From positions 23,015,237 to 23,079,236 of the forward strand of contig NC_092672.1 of assembly GCF_964355755.1 (NCBI RefSeq): a DNA stretch of 64,000 nt. Direction: 5' to 3'. The stretch is from Antedon mediterranea (lineage: Eukaryota; Animalia; Echinodermata). The number at the start of each line of letters is the position of its first letter. The first letter of the stretch is position 1. The position numbers were made by a program, and so were the translations under genes. The notes below the pieces were generated by a model. That model saw only the letters and a list, made by a program, of their open reading frames with translations, was not told where the DNA came from and did no database searches. This document shows, piece after piece, positions 41,156-53,414 of the stretch.

Positions 41156-42926
41156 TAAGTCATACAATCATTATTATTCATTATAGTTAATCTGAAATTT
41201 CACTCTTCATTTTACTTAATCTCATAGTAATACATTCTTAAAATGTTTAAAAAAAAAACAGAATTGATCAATAAATGTGTAATAATATGCCAAAATAGTA
41301 TGAATAATTTTATTCTGAAATAATTATGAACAACACTTGTTATTTGTATAAAATAAAATTCTCAAAATCATCTATTAAAACTTGTAATCAACTGTTTGTA
41401 TTAGCAAATGTACTTCACGTTTGTGCAGGCATGATCTATACACATAAAGCACAATATTTTTGATGTGATAAAGATTTCATCATTCAATGCTAAAATGAGA
41501 ATTTGAATTGTACAACACAGTTTTTAAATGTTTGTTATTTTATTTCATTTCATTTATTCATTCGACCAATAAACAGATACAGAACAGAATAAAGCACATG
41601 GTCAGGGGCAAATAAAGCAAAACAATTACTATAACCGCCCTGGCTTTTAAACACGATGTAGCTCTCGTTCTGCGAAGCCTAGCAACTAACGAAAAACAGT
41701 GACGTAAAGCTTGAAAATCCCCTTATAGAATATGACATCATCTTTTGTGCCTTCTATTTGCATAAGCGATGTTTAGGTAGTAATACGCAGGGTGGTTTTG
41801 GGCGCTTTAGGTGCTAAAGGGGTAAAGAGCAATTAAGACATACTGTAAATTAAAACAACAAAATACAAAAAATATTGCACCAAGTAAAACATTTGTACAA
41901 GCTTACTAAAAAGTCTCTTAGTATAAGAGACCTATACATAAATATACAAAATTAAATAATTAAAAGATTAATAATCGGTTATTGAAAATTTAACTACTGT
42001 AATATAATAGAAGTTGCCTTAAACATAGTAGCACAAATTAGATTGTAAATTTTGATTAAAATCTTTATTAACTCAAGATCCTGTATATTTAAAGCATAAC
42101 GGAACAAAATTTCCCTTTTTTTAAAAGAGCAATAGACATAAATTGGCATTTCTCAACATTGAGACAATTGAGAATAGAGTTGTAGCTTGATTATTAAGAC
42201 GGTCGGCTAGCAATCTAAGGGTCCTGTGTTACATGTTTTTAAGAATAAAAACTTATTTCATTGTATCCTATAACTTTTTTAAACATTGATGCTTTCAAGT
42301 AAATTTAAAACAATTATTGGATGTATATTGTAATTGAAGACTATCTAAGTTGTAATCCGGCAGATGCGGACATTCAGGCGACCCTTGTGAATCACAAACG
42401 TTAAAGAGTGAAAAAGTTCATTAAATAATGATGAAGCCTTGTCATAAACAGTAGAATTGAAGCAATTTTATGATACATTACAGAAGGATAATCACTAGGT
42501 TTATTTTTACATTTCATCTGACTCCAAAATCTTATTTGTACAGTAGGACTTGTATTTTTAGCTAAAGAATATATTTACGCTGACAGTAAAGTATCTTGAG
42601 CAAACTTTAAATTATTTTTTGTCATTTCTTAAAATATAAAAACAAAAAAACAGGCCAATGTTATTAAATTATAAAAAACCTGTTATTGTAAGTTAATTTA
42701 TACTAGAGTGTACATGAGCAAAACAAAACAGGCCTACCCTATAAAAATGAATAAATAATATATTAAGATTTAATGACAATTTTTGACAAAATGGGTTTTA
42801 TTACATGATATACCAAAATATGAGCCCATATTATTAACATGATAATATTATGAACAATTTCAAATTTTTTGGTGGTTGTTGTGCTTTGTATAGCAAATTT
42901 TGAAATGTCTTAAATTAACCTATAAT

Positions 42927-43430
42927 AAGTGTTATAACGTTCGTAAAAGCCAGTTACTTATTCGTCGTAGAGGGCGTAGATGCAAACAAGTTTGCTGAAC
43001 TGGGGTGGCAAATGGTAAAGTAGGTCATGGGTGATCGATTCATACTAAATTAAAAAAAAAAAAATAAAGTATGTCAAGTGTTATAACGTTCGTAAAAGCC
43101 AGTTACTTATAGAGGACGTAGATGCAAAAAAGTTTGCGGAACTGGGGTGGCAAATCGTAAAGTAGGTCAAGGGTGATTGATTTATACCAACATTTTTGAA
43201 AAAATTAAGTAGGTCAAGTGTTATAATGTACGTAAAGCCAGTTTGCAAAAAAGTTCGCGGAACTAGGGTGGCAAATGGTAAAGTAGGTCAAGGGATACCA
43301 AAATATGTTGAAAATATTAAGTAGGTCAAGTGTTATAACGTTCATAAAAACTAGTTACTTATTCGCCGTAGAGGGCGTAAATGCATAAAATTTTATTGAA
43401 CTTTGACCGGAAGAAGTAGAGGAGGTCAAG
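42927..43430. repeat. Tandem array of ~110-150-bp units (4 copies)
   Basis: aagtgttataa(c/t)gt(t/a)c(g/a)taaa...agttactta...gggtggcaaat(g/c)gtaaagtaggtca starts at about 42927, 43076, 43216 and 43327. Confidence 0.85.
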
Positions 43431-44450
43431 GCTAACATGTTGATGCAATAACCACTCAATTAGATAGTTATTACATATTAAAATCTGTTTTTAAAAATAT
43501 TTGTGACTGTCCCTTTAATTCAATTTGAATAAGGAACTAGGAACTAGTAACCAACTTCACAGACATAGTATTCAACAGCTTGTAAAAAAATTGGTCAAAA
43601 ACACATTTTTCGCACAAACTTGCTGTTTTAACATAGCTTAATAGATAAAGGGGAATCAAACGGTGCCCCAGCTCAAAAGGCGCTAGCTATCAGTCTTCTT
43701 GTTTAGGAAGAGTCAGAGTAACACATTTTAAGTTTTGTAATATAGATTGGTTTGCTACTCATCATTATAGTCATTGTTGGTCAATATTTGCCTACTTTTG
43801 GGTTATTTAAAATTGGTTATTGATTTTGTCTTTTAAATTTAAATTGTCTTTAAATAAAAGTTAAATTGTGCGTAGTGCTGCCAATTTGAAAGGTATTCAA
43901 ATCAATTCTAAGACTGGAAATCGGTTTGGATATCATAGATGAAATACCCCTTGTAGCATTTCAAAGATATCATTTTTGATAAATGAATTTGACAATTATT
44001 GAAACCATTAGAGATCAGATGGTCATCAAACTTATATAAATAAAAAATGGAAAAACCAATACAATAGATCTTTAGTCTGCTTCATGGCATATTTAACTGT
44101 CTGCTGACTGCATATTTAAACATTGATGATTGTTAGAATTCAAATTATTAACGGTGGGCTTATACTTTACATAGGTCTACTTTACTGTGAAAACAGGATG
44201 CTGGTCAACTCATCACTAAAATACTTTGATAACAAATAGTATATCAAGACTTAAATATTATGAAGAGGGAAACTTGAATGCCACTATTATTCCAAAATAG
44301 GGATAGGCTGCTGTGTAGTGTTTATATGACATGTTCAGTTTTTAAATTCACTAGTAAATAATAAACCTTCTTAGTTTCTGTCTAATAGCATTACTGCTAA
44401 TGCAGCATATTAAAGTTTAAATTTCTAAATTAGATAATTTATTGTACTAT

Positions 44451-44530
44451 ACATCACAGCCACTGATCATAACTGGGCCCTCTTGGAGACCAGTCTTTGA
44501 CTGAAGAGGTTGCCCAGTATAAACAAAATA
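44451..44530 (+). mobile_element. 3'-end fragment of the V-SINE family
   Basis: acatcacagccactgatca..aactgggccctct.ggaga.cagtctttgactgaagaggt..cccagtataaa is the reverse complement of 61280-61355. Confidence 0.8.
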
Positions 44531-45532
44531 TTTTAATTTCAATAATGACACGTCAACCAGTAATTTTGATCAAAACAAATTTAAGGCAAATGTACTGTAC
44601 ATTACTTTACATATAGTCTACTCGCCCTAATTTGCTAAACATTTTAGCAGCTAGAAATATTGCCACATAATTTTTTTTGGGTAAAAAATGTGTATTTTTT
44701 TTTCATCCAATGTTGAGAGTGGCCTAACAACAATGAAATCCATAAATTATAAATAATTACAACATTGTTTTTCATATGTATGGACAATGGTGTTTATAAC
44801 CCTTTAATTAACCCCACATTTCATAGGATACATACTGTACAGTACAAACAATGGCATAGACTCGACATTAGGATGTTTTTTCACTGACAGAATTAACTTG
44901 GATTTATAGATTCAACAGCAAAGTGAAGTTCTCGTTCATGTTTTATGCCACAAATTCAGACCACTGGTTCCTTCTGAGCATGCACAATACAATTGTGTCA
45001 TCATCTCCAATGAATCTTTGCTTACAAGAAATCAAAGTGGTTCTGAAGCGGGTTGATTTGACAGATTTCCATGTTAATTCATTGCTCCTTGCTTATTCTT
45101 AGTAATATTGTAATACGTCAACACAACTTCTGTAACACAAGGCAAACTAGTGCTGATCTATTGATACTAACACTAAGAAATCTTCTGACAGACTCTGAGT
45201 TGGTTTATATCCATTGTTAATCTAATTTGTTTTCATTCTGAATTGTCTGACTTGGCATAACCATCTGGTATGCAAATAACCATCTGGTATGCAAACACAA
45301 TAATCAAAGGAAGTGTCCTCATTATCACATTACCTGTACAAATTGTTGTACTTTATTATTAGGAATTTAAAAGAGAAAAAAATGTTACCTTTAAGTTTGT
45401 TTTTTTAAATTACAGTATAACAAAGTTTACTAAAATACATTATGACTCTGAGAATAAGAACATGATGTTTGGTATGATAATTATCTATACTATGTGAAAT
45501 ATAATAACCTCTATGTGCTTAATATTTTAACC

Positions 45533-45601
45533 CAAGCTGGTCACAACCTCATATGTATGTGCCTGATCGAGGCAGGATCAGATGTGAATGTTGCAAGCGA
45601 T
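45533..45601 (+). pseudogene. 5'-truncated ankyrin exon (acceptor and first ~10 codons deleted)
   Basis: QAGHNLICMCLIEAGSDVNVASD followed by an intact GTAAGTCATA. Upstream aacctctatgtgcttaatatttt matches the flank of exon 4875 (aacctctgtgcttaacattttcag) but the AG and G-TPLH segment are absent. Confidence 0.75.
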
Positions 45602-47191
45602 GTAAGTCATATATTTAACAAAATATTTTACTTTTTTTTCCAATTTAAAAAGTCTAGATTAATTTTTCACAAAATCTACAAATTGGAGTAGTAAAGATTT
45701 TGTCTGATCTAATGTTGTAATTATAGTTACAAAATTTTCACTCATCTTAAACCTTATTCATTATTTTAATGATTTACATTAATACATATACAACAAATAC
45801 AATACATTAGTTTATATTTTTGAATGACAGGTTTGCCAAATATAATTGTGGCACATTTCAACAAATTACTGCATATAATTACTGTAGATAAAACCAAAGT
45901 ACATTTGCTCATAAGAGCATTAATCGTTCTACGGAATGTGCCTTGAAAGCTTTGGTCTTTGCTCTATCGTCCTACTGTACCCCATTGCTTGTTGTAGTAT
46001 AATATCCCACTACCCGGCCTGTGTTAACTATAAAGGCATCCATGTCTAATTCATATGTTATATTTACCTGTTTCAAATGAAAAAAATGGATAGCTAAATT
46101 GTTTTAAATTTAAAGAAATGCAGAGAATAATTTGCAAGCATCATAATTATACAGTATTTGAACATAATGAACATAACTACCTAAAAGGTAGTCTTCTTTA
46201 TTGTACCTTTTTAATATCCTAGATGTGGGTAAAGTACTTTAGAAGAATCCTCTCTCACTTCTCATCTGTTGTGTTGGCATACATATTTTATTTGTTTTAT
46301 TCTTTGACTTTATTTATATATTATCTTTCATTTACATTTAAGCATGCCTAGCCATTATTTGAAAACATTTTCTTATCTTATTTTATGCAATGTTATTAAT
46401 TATATTCTTCAATTTAAAGTTATGATGTTGATGTTTTCAACAACAGCTAGCTATAGAAAGAAAGTTGATTGAATATAATTATATGTAAATTTTTCAGAAA
46501 ATTCAGTCGATGATCACTGGTTTAAAAAAAATATAAATTTAATACAGTATTTAAAATGAATTAATGAAAAAAATTATGTATTTCTTCAATGGCTGCAAAT
46601 GGTAACTGGCTGCAGACCTCTTAATTTATTTTAAAGTCAGGTTTTTCAAAATGTACCCAACTTTGTCAATAAATGATCCAATATTGTGAAATAAGTAAAT
46701 TTATTCTAATTTTAGCTTTTAATTATGTGAAAATCAGTCTCATACTTAGTAACTTTATTAAAATTAAAGAAAAGATTGACATGATTATTTTTTTTATCAC
46801 GAGAGCATAACGGTGTATTACTACTAGCAAGTTTTTAAAGGAAATAATGTTCCTCAAATTGTCTAGACTATAAAACAAGTCCTATAGTATAACAATTTGT
46901 CCTGATCAATTTTAAATTTGAGTGTTAAATAAAACTTGTCTGCTAAATCTAAAACTTAGTTTTCTTCATCTCTCTAAAATAAAACATTGTTTGAATGCCT
47001 TTCTGATGAATTTGACAGTAAAACAAATGTAATGTCATTGCAAACCATTGTTTATATCACCATGGTTATAAGGACAGTTTTAAAGAAAACTGAATAGGCC
47101 AAATTTGTTTTGTTACGTTTTGTGTCCAGGATTTGAATGTACAAAATATGTGAAAGATGGTCGTACAGCCCAGATGTGTTTACATACCATA

Positions 47192-48050
47192 GGCCCTGTT
47201 TCTGCTGCCAATCCCAAATATACCGTATAAACATACCGTATAAATATACCGTATATATACCGTATATGAAATTCGTGCACCGTTTCCGCTGCACATACTT
47301 CGTGGGTGGGCTGTAAAAAAAGTTGGCTTTCATTACCCAAAATGCATTTTGTGAGACGGAAGTATGGATTGACCTAGAGTCTCGTGTAGTGAGGTTACAT
47401 GACAAAAACAAAACAATGATGGTTTCTCAAAACGTCTTAGCATTGCTTTCTATTTTAAATCTAATGATCAGAAGTGGCGACGAATTTACATCGCACAAAC
47501 AATCTAGAAATGTAGAATGAGCATTGACTACAGTACATCCATGCAAAGAAGACGACGGCATTTGCCGATAACATTGGCGTTATTAAGTCTACCACAAATT
47601 CTGCTTTTATTTTGTTTGAGATACTTTTGTAAATCTCGGTACCTCTTCTGTTGCCATGTAGTCTCCCCCCAACCTTCGCTTCTCCCCACAATTGAATTGC
47701 AAAAATAGTTATTTCTTCAGTCCACATTGATATTTTGATCTGTTGCTTGCTTATTATACACGTGTGTGTCAATGCAGCAGAAAAACCAAACAAACGCGTC
47801 ACGCTCTGTTAGTTTTTGAGCTCGTGTCATGGGCCGGGTCACATATACGGTATATTTTGATTGCAGCAGAAACGGGGTACGAAATATACAGTACGGTATA
47901 TTTTGGAATATACCGTATAATATCCACAAACGATGGGGATATTTATGCGGTATATATACCGCATATATATACGGTATATTTTTTATGAGACCCATTTCTG
48001 CTGCCAAAAAATATACCGTATATAAAATATACCGTATATATACGGTATAT
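47192..48050 (-). mobile_element. PIF/Harbinger-like deletion derivative with Myb/SANT-like ORF remnant
   Basis: One TIR GGCCCTGTTTCTGCTGCC at 47192; the opposite outer TIR is lost. TATACCGTA subterminal repeats. Minus-strand MWTEEITIFAIQLWGEAKVGGRLHGNRRGTEIYKSISNKIK fits a trihelix Myb/SANT N-terminus. The empty site acataccttagagtgcgtaa is at ~23101-23120 in the paralog. Confidence 0.8.
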
Positions 48051-50150
48051 GAGTGCGTAATACTGTAAATGCTTTATTTTAATTTTTTTTATTACCATTA
48101 AAATATACAATGTAGCTAATAGATTAAAAAGTCACCCATCTTCAAAATTTGATTATAAAGGAAAAGTAAAATTAATTAACATTTTGTTTTTATTTATTTT
48201 ATCTTCTTCTATCTTATTCTATGATTTATATATACTATAGCTGGTGTATCTGTCAGTGTTCTTTCTTCTTTTTTTAATTAAAAAATGCCCTTTTGCAGCA
48301 ATGTCAAATGATCAAAGCTAAACATAATTGTCAAAAAATAATAATTATATAAGATAGTTAACCTTTCCACCTGTAATTACTTAATTACAAGCTTAATTAC
48401 AAGCTTTCTTATTCATCAAAATCATCACTAAGTTTGTTTACACTTGATATACTTTCTATAATGTAAATTATAATATTTTAAGCACTATTAGTTATTTCAA
48501 ATTTACATGGAATAATACAGTTATTTATTAATCAATAATACTCCTCACACTTAAATTTTATTAATAGTGTACTGTAATTTAATAATATTGATAATATGCC
48601 AAACTGTTAAGTTAAATTGAGATTTGCTATTCTCTTTTAAAAAACCCCAATATATTCTATAGGCTAAATCATTCATAATTGATTGTATTTTTTAGTGTAT
48701 TCAAACTTTATTTGATCATCATCAGGAATGATGATAAAATGTAAGCATTATTGTTAATATTATGGAATGCTTTATTAAATAGGTATTCAGCAGTGATCAT
48801 CATTGCTTTGCACAGTCTGTAATATAATTAAAATGATTCCATCTTCTATCATTGTTTTATTTATTCATCTTCTTCATCATTATAAGACCATAACAAACTC
48901 GTTTAAATATAAATCTACCCACTGTAATGTTGGTGTTGCTACAGTTTTTCATATTTTAGGACAATGACAGATTATCAATGCTTATCTTTATAGCATTCAT
49001 TCAAGTATAAGCAATAATGTCAACAGTATATTATTTGGAAATCACAATATAAAAAGATCAACTTTAATCATTTTGTAAAGTTTAATATTTCTTAACAGAC
49101 TGTTCATTCTTTTAAATTAAATTTTAAATTCAAACATAAATTTATCCACAAAATATCAATTATTAAAAATAAACTTAAAACTCTAATCGTGCCTTAAGTT
49201 GATCATTTACACTATTTTAACTAAAATAAATACCGGTAACTTAAATTTAAAGTTTAGTTAGCAAAGTTCAAAAGGATGAACTAAAACACCTAATAAAAAC
49301 CATAAAAGAGGCTACGAGGATGCTTGTTTTTCTTGTCTTATCATTATTGAATGAATGTTATTGAATAAATGTTATTGAATTGAATTCACAGCCTACACAT
49401 ACAATAATATACAATAATGACAAAATTTGATGTTTAAATTAAGTTTAACTAAACATGAAAAACTACGATGTGTATTCCATGCGTACTGTACACCCATTTT
49501 TTATTGTTGCAAAGTTTCAAAATGACGCAATGAACTTTACTCCGTCCATTGGATTGAATGTTAAATTAACCAAATATAAGTCCCGATAATGAACAGAACA
49601 GAGTATGCTCAGTATACTGTGCATAAGCATGCGCAGATTAATATTTTGTGTAGATTACCGTCCCCCCTTCGTCTACCCTCCTGTCATCATAAAGTCACTA
49701 GTAGGTTTTATTGTAAATTAACAGCACACTACGTGCAACAGCTAATACAGTAGTACTAATCATTGTCAGTATTTTCATTTTTGTTGTAAATGTATAGTCA
49801 ACAGAGACCTCTTAGAATCAGGCTTCTGAGTCATGTTAGTCATATATTCTACTCATTCACCTTTTACCAAAAATTTGGGATTTTTAAAATGTCTTTCTTT
49901 CCATCATATATATTCATTTAGGACTGACAATTTCATTCTTATAGTTTCATTCTACTGTAAAACAATAATACTCTCTTTGTCATTACATTCAGCCTCTTAC
50001 ATTAACATTCAAATTAATTCAGAATAAACACATTTGGATGATGAAGCCTAAAAAAAAAAAACCAGAATAACTAAAATACAAATAAATTTTGATTTTTATA
50101 TACATTACTTATACTACCTTTTATAGGTATAAACATACAGTGCTAGTTAA

Positions 50151-51849
50151 AGGGGATTCTGGGTTTAAAATTGCTTTTAAACATCGTTTATTTATTAAAT
50201 AACAAATATTATAACAATAGACATGTCAGAATGAAGAAGTAATAATGAGAAATTAAAAAAATTAAATTTCATATACATTTTAGTTTAAATTCATGCAAAG
50301 TCTGTTTTTCAGCAGCTTAGGGAAGCTCATTAATATTCATGAGATATTCACAAAATCACGTCATCAGTGGATTCCAAACTTGCGACGTCATGTACGTTGT
50401 GTTTGTTGACTAATTTACATCTCTCTCCCTTGTCAAACGATGACCACCCGATCATTGTGAAATACATTTTTTGTAGATTTTCTAAGCTAGGCCTAAGTGT
50501 AATAACAGTAGCATATATTTATTTGACATTTAATGAAATACAAAATTTAGTACAGATCATGGAGTCATAAATTATACTATTTTTATACCTCTATAGCAGG
50601 GAATAATTTCGCCAGTGTAGCATAGCAAAAAGCTATACAAAACAACCTTAGCAAAAAATACAATACAAAACTATGTTCTTGACTAAAAAATCAGTTTGAT
50701 TAGCAATTTTGCTAAACAAAATTTTCAAATGAAATTTTTCCCTGCTATAGTACAGATCGTATTCGGCTTCACGTACTAGCCTAAATCATTTTTTTTATGG
50801 GTGAGAGCCATTCTGACTAGGGATTCCATGCCACAATGGATGGCTACGTTAAAACATGGGGCCTATGGGCCTAGCTAGCCTACTAAACGATTGGCCCATA
50901 AATAACAAAACTCAGTGGATTCCAAACCCATCCTATCAACCAAACTCAATAATAAACAATATAACCTAAAACGTTCTACAAAATCGGCTGTAAATATTGA
51001 GGCAAAACAAGGTCCAATTGCCGTCCGCACGTATGGTGTCTCGATCGTCTAGTAGGCTTAAAATAGTTTACTCTCCTAAATAGCGGATACTGCATCAAGC
51101 AAGTAGACCTAGTAGGAAGGAGACCTAGCCGATCCGGCCCAGTTAAAAATTGAGCTAGCTAGTGTAGTAGACCCTATGCGAATTGATACTACCAGTCCTT
51201 TTACTAGGCTACACTTGTTAAAATTAGCAATACTTATGTTTACAAATATTCCAACTCTCTCATTCGAGCTATATTATCTATACCATTCCGGTAGGTCGAA
51301 TCGACCTTCAATCAAATACTGTACATCGTTCATGTTGTGATTATAGACGGGGTATACTCGACCCGACCAGTTTGGTATTGTATACTGTATCTGCTTATCA
51401 CGTGACGATGCCAGGAATGGGCAGAGAGCACGTTTATCGTCTCGCTCAGAAGGAATGTACAGACGTTACGCTTCATTGATTTTTAAGGGTTTTTCCCTAT
51501 TGTCAGTGCGAAAATCGGCAAACGTAAACTGAATCTCCAAATGATTTTACACAATTGTGATGAATTTTCATAGAAAATTGACATTATAAATGGGAAGACC
51601 GACTAAAATTACATCAGATAAGCATAATTTTACAAAAGTAGTTGATATGGTTAATGATAACGAGTCGTCGGAAGATCGACCATTTCACAAATTTTCCTAT
51701 TCTGTAACAGTGTCATATCGCCGTAGCTTCACTTCACAGCCTTCATTCTGCTTCACCGCTCACTTTATAATAAGTGAAACTTTTACCGTTCAAGAGACAA
51801 ACAATTATATTTTATTTTTTACTATTAATTTTAAACCCGGAACCCCGCT
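50151..51849. mobile_element. Kolobok-like non-autonomous DNA transposon
   Basis: TTAA on both flanks, termini AG...CT, imperfect TIRs AGGGGATTCTGGGTTTAAAATT / AATTTTAAACCCGGAACCCCGCT. Confidence 0.75.
50591..50750. mobile_element. Small MITE nested in the Kolobok-like element
   Basis: Inverted ends CTATAGCAGGGAATAATTTC / GAAATTTTTCCCTGCTATAG with internal TAGCAA repeats. Confidence 0.6.
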
Positions 51850-52317
51850 TTAAAAGTAAATAATAGTCAACCAGAAATAAAACTTGGTTTACTAAAGCTT
51901 TGGTTGCCAACGCAATGTAGGCGCTACGCAAGTGAGTAGTTGACCAATAACAAGCAACAGTTCCGATAATCCATCACATTGTGATTGGTCAATTTGCTTG
52001 ATTTAATTTACAAAAAAATTGGATAGACTACAGACAAATGGACAGACTAAATGTTGGGACAAACAAACTTATTACATGCAATTATTACTCAGTAATCACC
52101 TCTGTAGTCCCATGGGTTTTCTTTTATATAGTTATTGATTACACTGCCTTAAAATATTCTTTAAATAATAATTGTGTAAATGAATTTGACCAGGACCTTT
52201 ACCATGCCAATCCATATCAATACTTTGAGTTACAATTGTAGAAATATATATATTGATATTCATTTGTAGCTATACACTTATAGGCTTCATTATCTTAAGA
52301 TTATTAGAGTATGCGTA

Positions 52318-52480
52318 ACAGCAGTTGATCATACGCACTGTTTATATTTTGTGTGGTGAAACGAGTACAGGGGTAGGCCTATAGCTACAGCAGTATGATC
52401 GTAATCACTGTTTATATTTTATGTGGTGTAGTAGGTACAGGGGTAGTCCTATGCTACAGCAGTATGATCATAATCACTAT
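52318..52480. repeat. Minisatellite, ~68-bp unit, 2-3 copies plus a further copy at ~52815-52870
   Basis: acagcagt(a)tgatc.ta..cactgtttatatttt.tgtggtg....gtacaggggtag.cctat.ct is repeated. Confidence 0.75.
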
Positions 52481-52504
52481 AGGGCTGGAAGTCATTCAAA
52501 TATA

Positions 52505-52794
52505 TAGGGTTGTAATTGTATTAAACTACTGTGGAGTAGGGAATAGGGCAAAACATCTGACTCAACTCCCTGACGCAAAGCTACTCCACAGTAGTTTAAT
52601 ACAATTACGCTGCATACTTGGGCTCGAATCTAACCACTAGCCATCAGCGCAAGTGGTCAGAGGTATGAACGGCAGGCTAGTGATCTGGAGGTCGTGGGTT
52701 CGACTCCCACCCAAGAACTTTTTTCGCAAGTATTCTCAAATGTACTTAGTATGAAGTACAAATGACGTCAGAGTAGGGCAAAACATCTGAACAA
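52505..52794 (+). mobile_element. Short retroposon-like insertion with internal tRNA-like Pol III promoter
   Basis: Flanked by 13-bp direct repeats TCATTCAAATATA. Contains A-box-like CAGCGCAAGTGG, B-box GGTTCGACTCC and a T6 run, plus a 28-bp perfect inverted repeat and a 20-bp internal direct repeat. Confidence 0.6.
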
Positions 52795-53261
52795 TCATTC
52801 AAATATACCAAATTCTATATTGTGTGGTGTCTGGTACAGGGGTATGACTACATCAGTATGGTCATACTCGCTTAGTGCTTAGTATGTGACCTGATTTTAG
52901 TGAAGGTGACAAAGTCACATTCCTCAAATATGTATCATGTTCAAAGAGACTTTAATACCATATAGCCATAACATCTTTATTATTTTGTCTGTTTTTGTTA
53001 TTGCATGCATCCATACATATGGGGAATAGAAAGTGACCGCAATTAGGGCGAGGCGCCTGGGGGTAATGAGGTATCAAACTGACTGATTGTACTGTGAAGT
53101 TTTAAACTATAAATTGTAACAGGTATTCTGTACTTACTAGTATAAGATATGTTTTTATTCAACTGTGATATTTTATGTAAAGGTTGTCATTTTGTTTTTT
53201 GTTTTATTATTAACAAAAATGTGCATTTCTCTAACATATTTATTTTTAAAATGTTAAATAG

Positions 53262-53360
53262 AATGGCGCAACAGCATTGCATTGGGGTGCAGTAATTGGT
53301 CATGTTGATGTCTGCCAAATGTTGGTAGACATGGCAGCAGCAGTGGACCAACAAAATAAT
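53262..53360 (+). CDS. Ankyrin-repeat exon (one 33-aa repeat, phase 0-0)
   Basis: Acceptor ttaaatag, 99 bp translating NGATALHWGAVIGHVDVCQMLVDMAAAVDQQNN, donor GTAAGTCATA. Confidence 0.9.
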
Positions 53361-53414
53361 GTAAGTCATAAATTAATTTTTGTATTGAGAACCATTCAGG
53401 ATCAGAATCCTAAA

